35,631 nucleotides of DNA. Origin: Halocafeteria seosinensis. Its lineage: Eukaryota. Location: contig LVLI01000194.1 of NCBI GenBank assembly GCA_001687465.1, positions 310,001-345,631 of the forward strand, read 5' to 3'. A model generated the notes under the pieces. The model was not told the origin of the DNA, made no database searches, and saw only the letters and a program-made list of their open reading frames with translations. The number at the start of each line of letters is the position of its first letter. Within the stretch, counting starts at the first letter, position 1. A program made the translations under genes and the position numbers. Below are positions 22,952-34,700 of the stretch, one piece after another.

Positions 22952-25900
22952 ATGACGGTTCCTCTATCTTTACAACTGGCCCTTCTCGTATTCCTAGGAT
23001 TTCCGCTGGTTCATGCAGACTTGGAGTCGGGTACGTGGCGTATACAACATATTTATCCTAGCAATCCAATAAAACCTATCTTAAACATCTGCAGGAAGGG
23101 CTTTTAGCTTCCGCCGACTTGCCGCCCCGACGATAACTCTTGATACGGCGTCGGTTACATGGACGGAGGGTGAGTTTCAAGCTGCCACCACGCCAATCGG
23201 ACTGTTTCCCAATGTAGCCTTCAATGATGATGGGAATATCGAAAGGTTGACAGTTACACTGGACAATAAGCAAGCTGATGACGCGTTGTCGGTGAGTGAT
23301 CCAGCTTCCTTTGCAAATAACGATTTCACAATCACCGACAACGGCGGCACCATCGTCATCGAGCTCATAGCAACGGGAACTCAGACAGAGTACGCAGCAT
23401 TCGCCCAAAACATTTTCTATGACAACAGCAATACAGCAACCCCAGATCTGCAAAATCGACAAGTCACCATCGTTATAGAAGATGACGCAAACGAAACATC
23501 CTCTACAGAAACAGTCATAGTAGCGATGATTGGATTTAATGATGTGCCAGTCAACTCGTTTACAGATGGGAGTGAGGCTGCCATTGATTGGACGGAAAAT
23601 GTCGTAGACTCCGGCGGCAATACGGCTGTTCAAGTATTTGGACCTAGTTTGGAATTTACCGATCCCGATGACACGACATTGTCAAGTATGACGATTACAC
23701 TGACGAATCCTCAGACGGATGATTTCCTTGAGATTGATTTTACCTCGACGGTGTTTACGTCGGGGGACTGCTCATTCACCGGTGGTGATGCAGTAGCGAC
23801 CAGCTTTCATGAGATGACCTGTGGTGTATCGAGTAACACACTAGATGAATATGAAGCAGTTGCTCGAGCGGTGAAATTCAATAACGCAGATGATGGAGAT
23901 CCGACGTTATCCCCGGATCGTGTGGTGGGAGTACGCATAACCGACGAGAGTCGAGGTCTTAAAGATAACAGTGATGACAAACAGTCAGTATCGAGTCTGG
24001 ATGTCACAATAACGATGATTGGGTTTAATGATGTACCGGTTGTGGAGCTATCTTTGGGTGACGCTGATGTGGAATGGAACGAATCCCCTTTTGAGGATGG
24101 TTCGAACGTTGCTGTGCAAGTATTTGGGATGTCTCTGAGCCTGGAGGATCCGGATGATTCCGTTTACTCAAGCATGACAATAACCCTTCTTGATCCGAAG
24201 GATGATGATTTCCTGGTTCTTGATACTGACTCAATTGACCAGTCGGAAGGGTTTGACTATACGGGGAATGGTGGAGTTGCTGAGAACTTCTTGACTGTTG
24301 TGTTCTCCGACGATACTGTTTTGAGGTCTGGCTATCGCCAGATTGCCAGGGCCGTGTTCTTTAACAATGCAAACTTCGCGAAGCCGATCATCTCCTCTAC
24401 CCGCACTGTTCGGATCACCGCATGTGACAATGCGCTTGACGGCAACCCCAACTTTAGCATTAAATGCTCGAGTAGCATTGATGTGTCAGTTGGTTTGAAT
24501 GCTTTTAACGACAAACCCATAATATCTGGCTTGGACACTTTCGTTACATTCACTGAGGTTGCCCCGGAGGATGATGGTGACAATGCAGTCGCTCTTTTCA
24601 GTAGTATTGATATCACTGACGTGGACGATATCAGAATGTCCTCCGCTTTTGTTACCTTTGTGGATAACTTTGATATCAGTTCGCCTACGCTGGTTGCTGA
24701 TGAAGACCGCTTCGTCACTGTCACGGGAGACACATTCTTTTCTTTTGCGGATGACGAGAATGTCAAGGTCGCAATAGACAATGACGGCGGAGAGGTCTCG
24801 ATTGAGGGATGTATCGGTACTGATGAAGGAAGTTGCGTCACAGGAGCTGTATTGACCGAGCACATGATCACAGTCTTGCAAAATTTACAATACAAAAACG
24901 TTAACGAAAAATACCCAAGGCCAGATAGAAGGCAGGTGGAGGTTACCGTAACCGACGCTAGATCCCAAGGTGATACCGTGGGACAAGCGGTCTCAGACGG
25001 TACTAGCACGCAAATCCGCGTCCTCCAAACAAATGATTTCCCTGTAGTGGATATAGACTCGTATGAAGAACATAGGGTAACTCCTGAGGACAGCGATTTC
25101 CTGTTCACAGACTTTGGCGTTTCGGACATTGATAACGATGAGTTTGCTTCACCTAGAGAGGACGAAATTGGGGAAATCGCCTTTAGTTTGGATGATGGCT
25201 TTGTTTTGAGTGAAGGGCAAGTAGTTTTTGACGAATTATCTTGTCAAGGAATCAGCTATAGCTGTGTATTTGATAAATCGTTTGAGGGAACGCACGGTCT
25301 TCTCACCATTGCACCGACATCTGGCGATTCTATTACTCAAACCCAAGCCGAAGAGGCCCTTAATTCCGTTCGATTCTCGCAATCACCTGTACAAAGCGTG
25401 CACAAGTACGGATATCGAACCTTCTCGGTGGTTGGCACAGACGTCGACGAGACCCAACTAGATACGTTTGGAGCAGAGGATCGGCAAGTGCTCAAGTCTG
25501 ACAAGGTGACACTCCAGGTAGAGCTTGTTCCTGTAAATCATGCCCCCTTTTTTGTGTTTAACAACACCTATTCGGAGCATCCTGGATTGTCAGATAATGA
25601 ACTCTGGAATACAACCGTTTATTTGCAGGGGAAGGATGATGCAAGGCTTGATGATACTACTCGCTGGGGAATTCTAGAGCACCCCTCTCCAGGAGACTAT
25701 GTTCGAATCATCGACCTGGAGACCCATGTATCCCTTACGGATGTAAAAGCTGAGATAACTGCGGATGATAACGACAACTACTTAGAGTTTACAGAGACGT
25801 GGGGGCTTAATTACAGTGAGGTAATGCAGCCCTACTTTCCTGTAGAGAATGTCAATTTCGATGAGAAAAAGGACAAACAATGGTTTTACGTTCTTGGGGA

Positions 25901-28900
25901 CGATCCAACGTTTGAGATTCGTGATCCACTTGTCCCGCACATTCAAGTCAAAGAGTTTCCCGAGGAAAACCTTGCTGTAGTTGACACTAGGTTCAGAAAA
26001 ATTTCTCTTCAAGTCTGCGATCGCGCACGAGAGAGCTTCACCCCCACGGAAATCGATGATCAGCCGTGGTTAGAGACCTTGTGTGATACACTGAACGTTT
26101 CGGTGAGGATTATAGACCGAAATGACCGGCCACGTATAGTCGTGTCTGCGTTGGAAAATCCTCTGGAATCCGTCCATCTCTTCATACCGTTCGCAGAGTC
26201 CTTAGCGTCTGTGGATCCTCTTGCAGATAACCGAGACGGAACACGCCACAACTTCGAACAGTTGGGCATGAGCGTTAGTGAAGAAGGGAGGTTGCAGATT
26301 GATTCAGCTAATATAAGCATCTATTACAGAGCGAGAGAAGGGGAAAAAGATCCGGATAAATTTCCATGGCTCGAAGCGGATGACTTCGCAGTTTCGAGCA
26401 AGACTAGTCGCACATATAGAAAGATAGACATGTTCTATGGAAAAAAGAACAGGATTCCGCTCGACTTCAACGAGATAATAGACGATCCTGATTCGGATCC
26501 TGATCAAGGGCACTCAATACGCTGGGTGTACAAAGGCTTTGAACGGTTAGATGTTGAAACTGGTGAGGTAGTAGGCAATATTCGGTTGCATGATGACCCT
26601 GACAATATAGTCATTAAACCGGGACTTAAGTTTGCTACGACCCTAGACGGTATATTTGCGGAAAACGACCCGCTTCTATTCATCAAAACGGGCACCGTCG
26701 GCGGCACGTTTGATAAGAAATACGAACTGAGGGGTTCCCCTAACTACAAGTGGGAGGGTTGGCAAACTGGAGATCCTGTCTTCAAGAACCGGGAAGTGAA
26801 TTTCAGTGATTACCGGAGTCCGGAGAAAGTAACGTTGGTGTTCAATTTAGTAATAGAGGATACTGCGTGGTGGAACGGGACGCATACGATTGTCGGGAAG
26901 AAGTTTAATGTACCTGAGTCAAGGGCGGATGATGACGAAGTACCAGGTATTTCGGATGACGAATTGGACCCACTGAGGCCGTTTTTCTTTCCCGAAGGGA
27001 GTACCACAACTATATTCGAGTACAAAATTGACATTGAAATCACAGGCTGTGCAAATCCTGTGGCAAAATGGCAAGAGTGTGAGCTGGGCCCTGATTCAGA
27101 ATTCAGCATTTCCGATGTGTATGCTGACGCTGACAATCTGAGAGCTTATCGGCGCTGCACAAACGCTAAAGGAAGAATTGAAGAAGCACCGTTTGCCAAT
27201 CCGAGGGGAAATTACAATCCGTTCGTGACTTATCCTCAAAGGGTGTGCACATACACACCGAGGGTTTTGCAACTCGATGAACAGTTTCAATTGTCGGTGG
27301 GATCTTCGAAAGATCCAGTTGCCGAAGCCGATAGAATTGAAAGCCTGCTTGTAGGAAATGACACCGCTGATGAGGGCGAGATTGAAAGCTTTCGCGGCTC
27401 TGCATCTATTGTAGTTCCTGCAGGAGCACTAAAGCAGAGTGTACCGATCGAATCCTCCGAGAGCTCGATTGAGTTGCAACCTCCTCAAGAGGGAGATGTA
27501 GTAGCACAAGATGTTTCCGTTCAGTTAGGTCCTGCAGGCCTCACGTTTGACGAACTGATTGAGGTAGAGATTTTCGTAGGCCTCGAATTGGACGAAAACA
27601 AGTATTATAGCATGTATGTTGCCTCTTTGGTCGATCCAACGAATCCGGCAAGCGGATATGGTCCACTGGTACCTGTAATCAACAGCCAATACTTCCGGGC
27701 CGTTGGACTTGTCCGCGGATTCATTGATCATTTTAGTATTGTGTCTGCCGTACTGAAACAGACTCCTAGCACTCTATTTAATTTTGCAGCCGACCCAGCA
27801 GCTGGAGGCTGCCCCAACGCCTGTCAAGGCCATGGCAACTGTATTAGCGATTCGCTATGCTCATGTTACCCGCATTGGCAAGGCTTTGACTGCGGCGCTC
27901 GAATATGTCCTTCAGGGCCGAGCTGGTGTGCTACATCCGTCACTGTGCGCCCCTCGGAGGAATGCTCGGGAGCTGGTGAATGTGACAGAGAAAGCGGAAC
28001 CTGTATTTGTCATGATGGATTCGAAGGAGCAGCTTGTGATCGGATTTCATGTTCCAAAGACTGTTCAGGTCATGGCGTATGTCGGACTCTGGAGGAGCTA
28101 CCGGAAGTTAAAAGTGGTGGTTATTCGCTGTGGGACGCTGACCGCATACAGCGATGTATCTGTGATCCAGGATATACAGGAACTGACTGTTCTGCTCGAA
28201 CGTGCCCTCACGGTGATGATCCTGACACACATTGTGACGAAGGAAAGCAAATCCAACGACTGACGCTTACAAGGAAAGCATTGGTAGGAACAAGCAATCA
28301 CGCCGATTTCGACCAGCTAGCACTCCGTTTCGTGGATAGCGATAGGGAACTATACTTAACTCCACGAATTGAGCAAATATCTCAGAGCGGCGCCGATGAT
28401 CGGGTGGACGTTGCACTCACTTCCCTTCCCAACTTTGCCATACAAGATGTGGGAGTAGATTTTACGTCGACCACGACGATGGGAACCTCAGAGGAATTAA
28501 AATTCGATATTCAATTTAACGACAAGTTTAGTAGTGGCGCTCAGTCTCTAATACTGTGTCCATTGGAAATGACCGGCTGCTACGAACCGGGGTGTAGGCC
28601 TCGATGGAGGCAGCCCGCAGCTGTTCAAACATCAGGAACTTCGATTACTGAAGTTTCAACGATTTCCAAGTTAAGGAGAAACGAGGACCCTGCTGATGCA
28701 GCGGATCCTCATGTGACCGTTGAGATAGAATGTTTATCTCAGACGCAAAGACATGTTTATCGGTGGAGGGAATCGTTCCCTGGAACCACGGGTACCTGGT
28801 CCGAAGAGATCCCCGTACCCTTTGGCGGGGCTTCCCAGAGTGTAGAGGTTGGAAACTTTGGACTTGTTGTGGACTTCCTCGAAAAGGATGGTACATGCGC

Positions 28901-29087
28901 AGTCGGAACTCAAACCATCGAATGGGCCGTCTGGGACTGTAAAGTCGAGGAACATCAGGCTCCGGGGACAGATACGGAAAATCTGGAGTGTAGTAACCGA
29001 GGCACATGTAATAGAGAGCGTGGAATGTGCATTTGCGCTAGAGGGTATAAGGGCCTTGCTTGCGAAGAAAGAACTACCTTGAGGTAG
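22952..29087 (+). CDS. ~2023-aa secreted protein: cadherin-like repeats + ZU5-like domain + C-terminal tubular-mastigoneme (Ocm/Sig, EGF-like) module
   Basis: Exon 1 (22952-23030) encodes the signal peptide MTVPLSLQLALLVFLGFPLVHA. Intron 23031-23094 is followed by exon 2 (23095-29087), in frame with the 1946-aa ORF. NDxP-bounded acidic repeats, ZU5-like SIVVPAGAL...LGPAGLTF...IDHFS, and EGF-like CPNACQGHGNC, ECSGAGECDRESGTCIC, WDAD...CICDPGYTGTDCSARTCPHGDDP and terminal ECSNRGTCNRERGMCIC. No TM anchor seen. Confidence 0.85.
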
Positions 29088-29206
29088 ATAGGCATCGCAG
29101 AGAGTAATTGCTAACTCCTTAAAGGTGGTACTACTGGACCGGTCCTGCGTCTTTTGGACCCATTGTCTGGGAACCATCAAAGTGTGCTATAAAGCATTAA
29201 CCATAG

Positions 29207-31104
29207 CTAACTAAAACCAGAGACTCTTACAAGATTCAAACCCGCTTCTTGTAGCTTTTGGCGCATTTGCTCAGCATGGGAAAATCCACGAGTCTCGACG
29301 ATAAATTTGGTCTGCTTCCGAAAGAAATTTGTCCACCTCTAGAAGGTATTAAATACATCAGCGAACTACTTACCTGTACTTTTGAGAAGTCACTCTGCAT
29401 CCAAGCTCTTTCGTGATATATATCTCTGATGGACACACCAATTTGGGCCTGATCATACGAAGAATAAAAAAGTCAGAACTGAGTTTTCGCAACGTGCCAA
29501 CGCCAACTTACTAAAGTGGTAGTAATCTTCGCTATCCCTCCCGGGGCGTCTGGTACAGCTACTGAAAACTGCACCAACCTACCATCCGCCGCTAATCCTC
29601 GTTCGATAACCCTTCCCAAGACCGGTGTATCAATGTTGCCACCACAAAGTGGAATCACTACTTTCTTGTCACTAAGCTCTGGTAACAGACCCTGTAGCAA
29701 CGCTGCTAGCCCGGTTGCTCCCCCGCCTTTATTATTACAGTACATCAGACATACATGTTAAGGCGTCATCTACTTTAATTGCTCTAAACAATGTTATCTT
29801 ACCCTCAACGACGTTTTTCTCAAGTTCAAGAAGCCGCAACATTGCTAAGGCAATGTAGTTTTCTCTGACTGTTACTACTTTGTCCACAAACTGCCTAGCC
29901 AGCCTGAAAGCGTTGAGACCAACCTGCATAAACGACGTGAGGATACTCAGCAAGGTTGGCTGCATAATAAGTAACACTGCTTACCTTCGGCACGAACAGG
30001 CCATCGGCGAGGGTACTAGCATTAATTCCAACATCCATCGGATGCCCTGCTTCTAAAGCAGCCGTGAGCGAAGGGAGAACAGCCGGTTCTGCACCATACA
30101 CTTTAACATCTGGTCTTAAGGCCTTGATTGCTAGCGATACACCCGCTATCAATCCTGCTCCCCCGACAGGAATGACCACAGCTTCGACGTCGGGTACTTG
30201 TTCAATGATCTCTAATCCAATAGTTCCTGCCCCCGCGATAATTTGCGGGTGATCATACCCATTAATGTAAGTCATACCCAGTTTGGCGCCCGCCGCAAAT
30301 GCCGCGTCTCTTGCTTCGCCTATATGCGCACCCTGGTGTACAAAGCACTATGTAAGGCTATGGACCAACAAACGGTATTATTAGGCAGCACTTACCTCAA
30401 CAACCACTTGGCATCCCAATTGAGCGCAGTTGTCAATTTTCGTTAACGGCGCAATAGTAGGCATATACACTGTACAGGGAATCCCTAGATCTCGTGCATG
30501 ATACGCCAACGCTTGTGCATGGTTCCCTGCAGAGACACTCAACAAGTGTGATTGATCCACGAGAAACTCGACCGGAGCGCCTCCACGTACCAGCTGAGGC
30601 GGCAATGACGCCTTTTTCTCGGGAAGCTTTATCCATCTTGAGCAACGCATTCCGAGCGCCGCGCTCCTTGAAACTCCCGGTATACTGCCAAAACTCCTTT
30701 TTGAAGTACAATTCCTTGCATCCACTGAGTGCCGCGAGGCGGTGCGATTTCGAGACGGGCGTCTTAAGGACGCCGTTCTTGATTCTGTACGCGGCGAGCG
30801 AAATATCGCCGAACGTGATATCCACCGGGGTCTCGAACTCATGGCTCTCTGGGGGTTGAAACACTTCAGCTCCAGCTTCATTGGAGACTGCATTGTCTTC
30901 GTTCGTCATCAAAGGGCTAATTATACCACTTTCTTCGCCATTTGCAGTAGAAGAGACCGTACGCACAGGTACTTTCCTTCGTCCTAGGCCACATCCGCCA
31001 CGGAATTCGCTCGGAAACACATTATATACGCCACGAGAATCTCCAAAAAGCCTCCTTATCCGGCTCCAACGATGTTGAAGAAGGCCATCGGCGGCACTTT
31101 TCAT
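29207..31104 (-). CDS. ilvA: PLP-dependent threonine/serine dehydratase with C-terminal ACT domain
   Basis: PLP-lysine motif TGSFKERGA, ASAGNHAQA, GYDHPQIIAGAGTIGLE, PVGGAGLIAG, LCGGNID and ACT-like VPDAPGGIA. Exons 31104-30591, 30526-30396, 30332-29985, 29923-29803, 29726-29512, 29448-29374 and 29311-29207; an optional last intron would move the stop to 29131. Arg-rich N-terminal presequence. Confidence 0.93.
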
Positions 31105-31761
31105 GTCAATTTAATGAGTTATACCTCCCAGGTTGTATGATTACATTCACACGCATTAGACTGACCATCAAACTTGTTCAAACACGGCATCATGTATGTG
31201 GACGTTGTATCATGCTCGCATTTGTCTTGTCACTGTAGAGGTACCGGACAAACATTACTTGGAGTATTGGAAGTTGTATCTCATTCATTTCACGATAATA
31301 AAAATAGGCAATCTCTTCAGTCTTCTCACAAAATGGTGAAGTTCATCTAATAACTAACAAACATTCTAATGGTTCGGTTGCTCGGTCGACTAGCTGCTAA
31401 ACTTGTCGCGTATGTACTGTACAATGGAAGCTCAATCCCATAAATACCCACCCTTCCGAGAGAAGCCCACAAGCTCGCCTGCATACTGAATACCGCCAAG
31501 GTAGCAGAGAGAACGAGCGAGCTCTCCAAGAAGAAGTGGTGGCGATCCACTAGCATGAGATACTTCCACCTTCACCAATTGAAGGCGAAAATACGGATAG
31601 ATTGCATAGCGAAAGAACTGGGGCGCTTCTCACCCTTACGTACATATGTGTTAGCGCTCTTTCCTCCTACAATTGGAAAAGGGAGAAGAACACAAAAAGC
31701 TTTCCTGATGTTTCAAACATAATCAACACGACTCTTCCGGACAAGACCTGTGAGTGGTTTC

Positions 31762-34700
31762 TTACTTCGATGAAGGCTTGGAAGCGGCACCACCACCGCT
31801 CCCGTCTTCACCAACGAGTTTGCGCAGCCTCGAGACCTCCTTTTCCAAGGTAGTCAGACGGTTCATCAACTGGTTCTTTTCGTCTTCTTTCATGTAGTAC
31901 TTGCTGGCCTCCCGAAGAATGGACGCTTCTCGTGCAGGCCCAGGGATTTGCCGCGCAGCACGGTCAGAGTCGCCCAAAGCTGTACCTACTTTGGCGCGCC
32001 TCTTCACCTCTTCAACACGATCGTCACCTTCTTTATGGACGATCTTCGACAGCAGCCAGTATGCTCCAACCTTCGCGATATCCTGAGCCGCAAAATTCAA
32101 GAAAGAGTAAATCCAGATGAAGCCTACGGAATGTCCTCTTGAGCCAAAACTCTTGGGGACATCAGCCAATCGTTTCATAGTCTTCAACGCGCTCTCACCG
32201 TGGACTTGGTCGCCGTTCTCTCCGCCAGGGAAGTCAATTGCTTGTCGGAACACTTCAGGCCACCACAATGAAAGAATGGTAGAAACTGTGGTCGCGAATA
32301 TGAAAGCTGTTAGCAATGCATATCCTGGACGCCGTTCCCAAAAGAATCCGCGAGTCCTTGCAGAGAACACAGTCAGGAAATCAGAGAGAGATATCTTGAG
32401 ATACACAAGAGTCTGGACACTTCCAAAGTCCACATATTTAAGGGTATTTTGGCCGTTCGGACAGTTATGCTTCTCTTTACACTGTCCCTCATCACCAAAC
32501 ATGTAGGCGATACCTGAGTCTGCATTCCCCTGGCAAGCTTGGTGCCAACTAGCTTGGAAACATACCACTACGAGAATTAGGGATCCAAGGCACGCTATTG
32601 CACCCTGAACACTCGAAATGATCATCACTTCCCATAAATCCCAATGTTGGGGGCGCTTTTCGGGAATAACCTTGTCGTGAGCTATCGTGATGATTGTGCC
32701 ATCATTCAAGATCGTGATTACTACCAGAGCGATAACCGGCAAGTAGAAGGAGGAATTGTACGAGTTATTCACATCCATTCGCCCATCGTGCTTGCAAGAC
32801 TGTACGGTCGTATTCGATCCATCATGGGATCCAAAGAACGAGGAATTGCTGGGTTCCACGAAGATAATAGCGAAGAAGAAGAATAACAGCAGTTCGATTG
32901 TACACGCAATTCGGTAAATGCAGTAATTACGCATTCTTTGGAAAATTTTTCTGGAACGCTGCATAGCGTCAATAATTACAGATAGACCAGGTTCAGTCAA
33001 GACGATGTCGGCGGCTGCCCTTGCCGCATCAGTAGCTCCTTCAACTGCAATGCCAATGTCTGCACGCTTGAGTGCAGGGGCATCGTTCACTCCGTCACCA
33101 GTCATTCCAACAGTGTGGCCTTTCTTTCGAACGGCGTTAACTATTTCGAACTTGTCCTCGGGCATAACCTCAGCGAACCCATTCGAGTCCATAATATAGT
33201 CACTAAGCATCTCTTCATTTACCTTATCGTCATGGAGCAGTTGCGAGTTCAAAATGTTTGTGCCCATTCCCAATTCTCGGCATGTTTCCTTCGCAATCGC
33301 AGTTTGGTCACCGGTAATCATTTTCACCTCCACACCACTGTTTGTCGCTTCCTCTATTGTCGCTTTGGTGTCGTCACGTGGAGGATCAAACAGGGACAAC
33401 AGTCCCTGGAATTCCCATCCGCCAAACTTGTTGTTCTCCAAATTCTCTGTGTCGATTTCTCCTTCACTATACTTGATTGCCACGCCCAATGCACGGAAGC
33501 CACGATCAGCGAGGTCTTGAATAGATGCAGTCACGCGGTTCCAAAGCTCCTTTCTGTTCTCCTCGGAGTACGAGGAATTTGGGTCCTCGAGGCAAAGTTT
33601 CAGTACTACCTGAGGCGCCCCCTTGGTAACTTTGAAAATGTGCTGTGTCCTCTTCCCTGAGGGATCTTGCACTTTCGGAGACAATAGAGTGGCTTCAGTT
33701 CTCTTATCAGTAGGATTGAAGGGATGGAACTCGAGTTCTTCGAATGCATCAAAACGGGGTTCTGATCCTCCGCTATTTGCAGCTACTTTTTCACAGATGC
33801 AGTAGTCAATAGCATCCTGGTTCCCCTTAATTCGTTTGGCGGCTAGAGCGGAATAAAACAGCATCTCCTTCTCGTCCATATCGCTAACCAAAAACGGTTG
33901 ACGGCACTCCAGCTGATTCTTGGTCAAGGTTCCAGTCTTGTCCGAGCACAAAACTGTCATCGCGGCAAGTTCTTCTATAGCGGATAATCTGGCCACAATG
34001 ACCTTCTTATCTGCTAATCTTCGCGCGCCTACAGCCATCGTAGAAGTGCACACCACTTGCATAGCAATGGGAATGGATGCAACCAGCAGCACGATGACAA
34101 TCCCAATATTTGTAAAGACGTCCTTTCCATTACTACGCACAAGCAAAACAATCAATATTATTATACACAAAATGCACGAAATGATCAGCAAGAACGTTGT
34201 GATCTTCAATAGAATCTTCTGGAAATGTCCAACTGAATCAACAGATGCGATCATTCCCGCAGCCTTCCCGAAGAAAGTGTTTTCCCCTGTGGCACAGACA
34301 ATGGCATCCAATTCTCCTCTCTTGACTGATGACCCCATCAACACTTTTTCACCGTGATACGTCGTAACCGGAAGAGATTCCCCCGTTAGAGCTGCTTGGT
34401 CTACCTCGAGACTGTCAAAATTCTTTCCTAGCAGGATAGCGTCCGCCGGTATCACATCGCCCAGTTTTACTTGGATATAATCTCCCGGAACGAGTTCACG
34501 AGCTGAAATGGAATGCCATTCGCCGTTGCGGAATGCAAAACACTTGGGGGCGAGCTGTTGCTTTAGAGCAGCGATGGCATTGCCTGCGTTGTGTTCTTCA
34601 TAGAAGCCGACACAACCATTAATCAACTGCAAAAGCAGCAGTACACCAAAATCAGCCCAGCCTTCCCCTGAATCTTCGCCTTTAGAGGCCTCGATACTAC

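Noticed and set aside
27810..29087. Teneurin/tenascin orthologue
   Set aside because: No TM segment, NHL/YD repeats, FN3 or fibrinogen domain; the EGF spacing, GDDP motif and terminal ECSNRG fit the mastigoneme family better.
31347..31556. Small 69-aa minus-strand ORF between the ATPase and dehydratase genes
   Set aside because: No recognisable motif; most likely ATPase 3'UTR.
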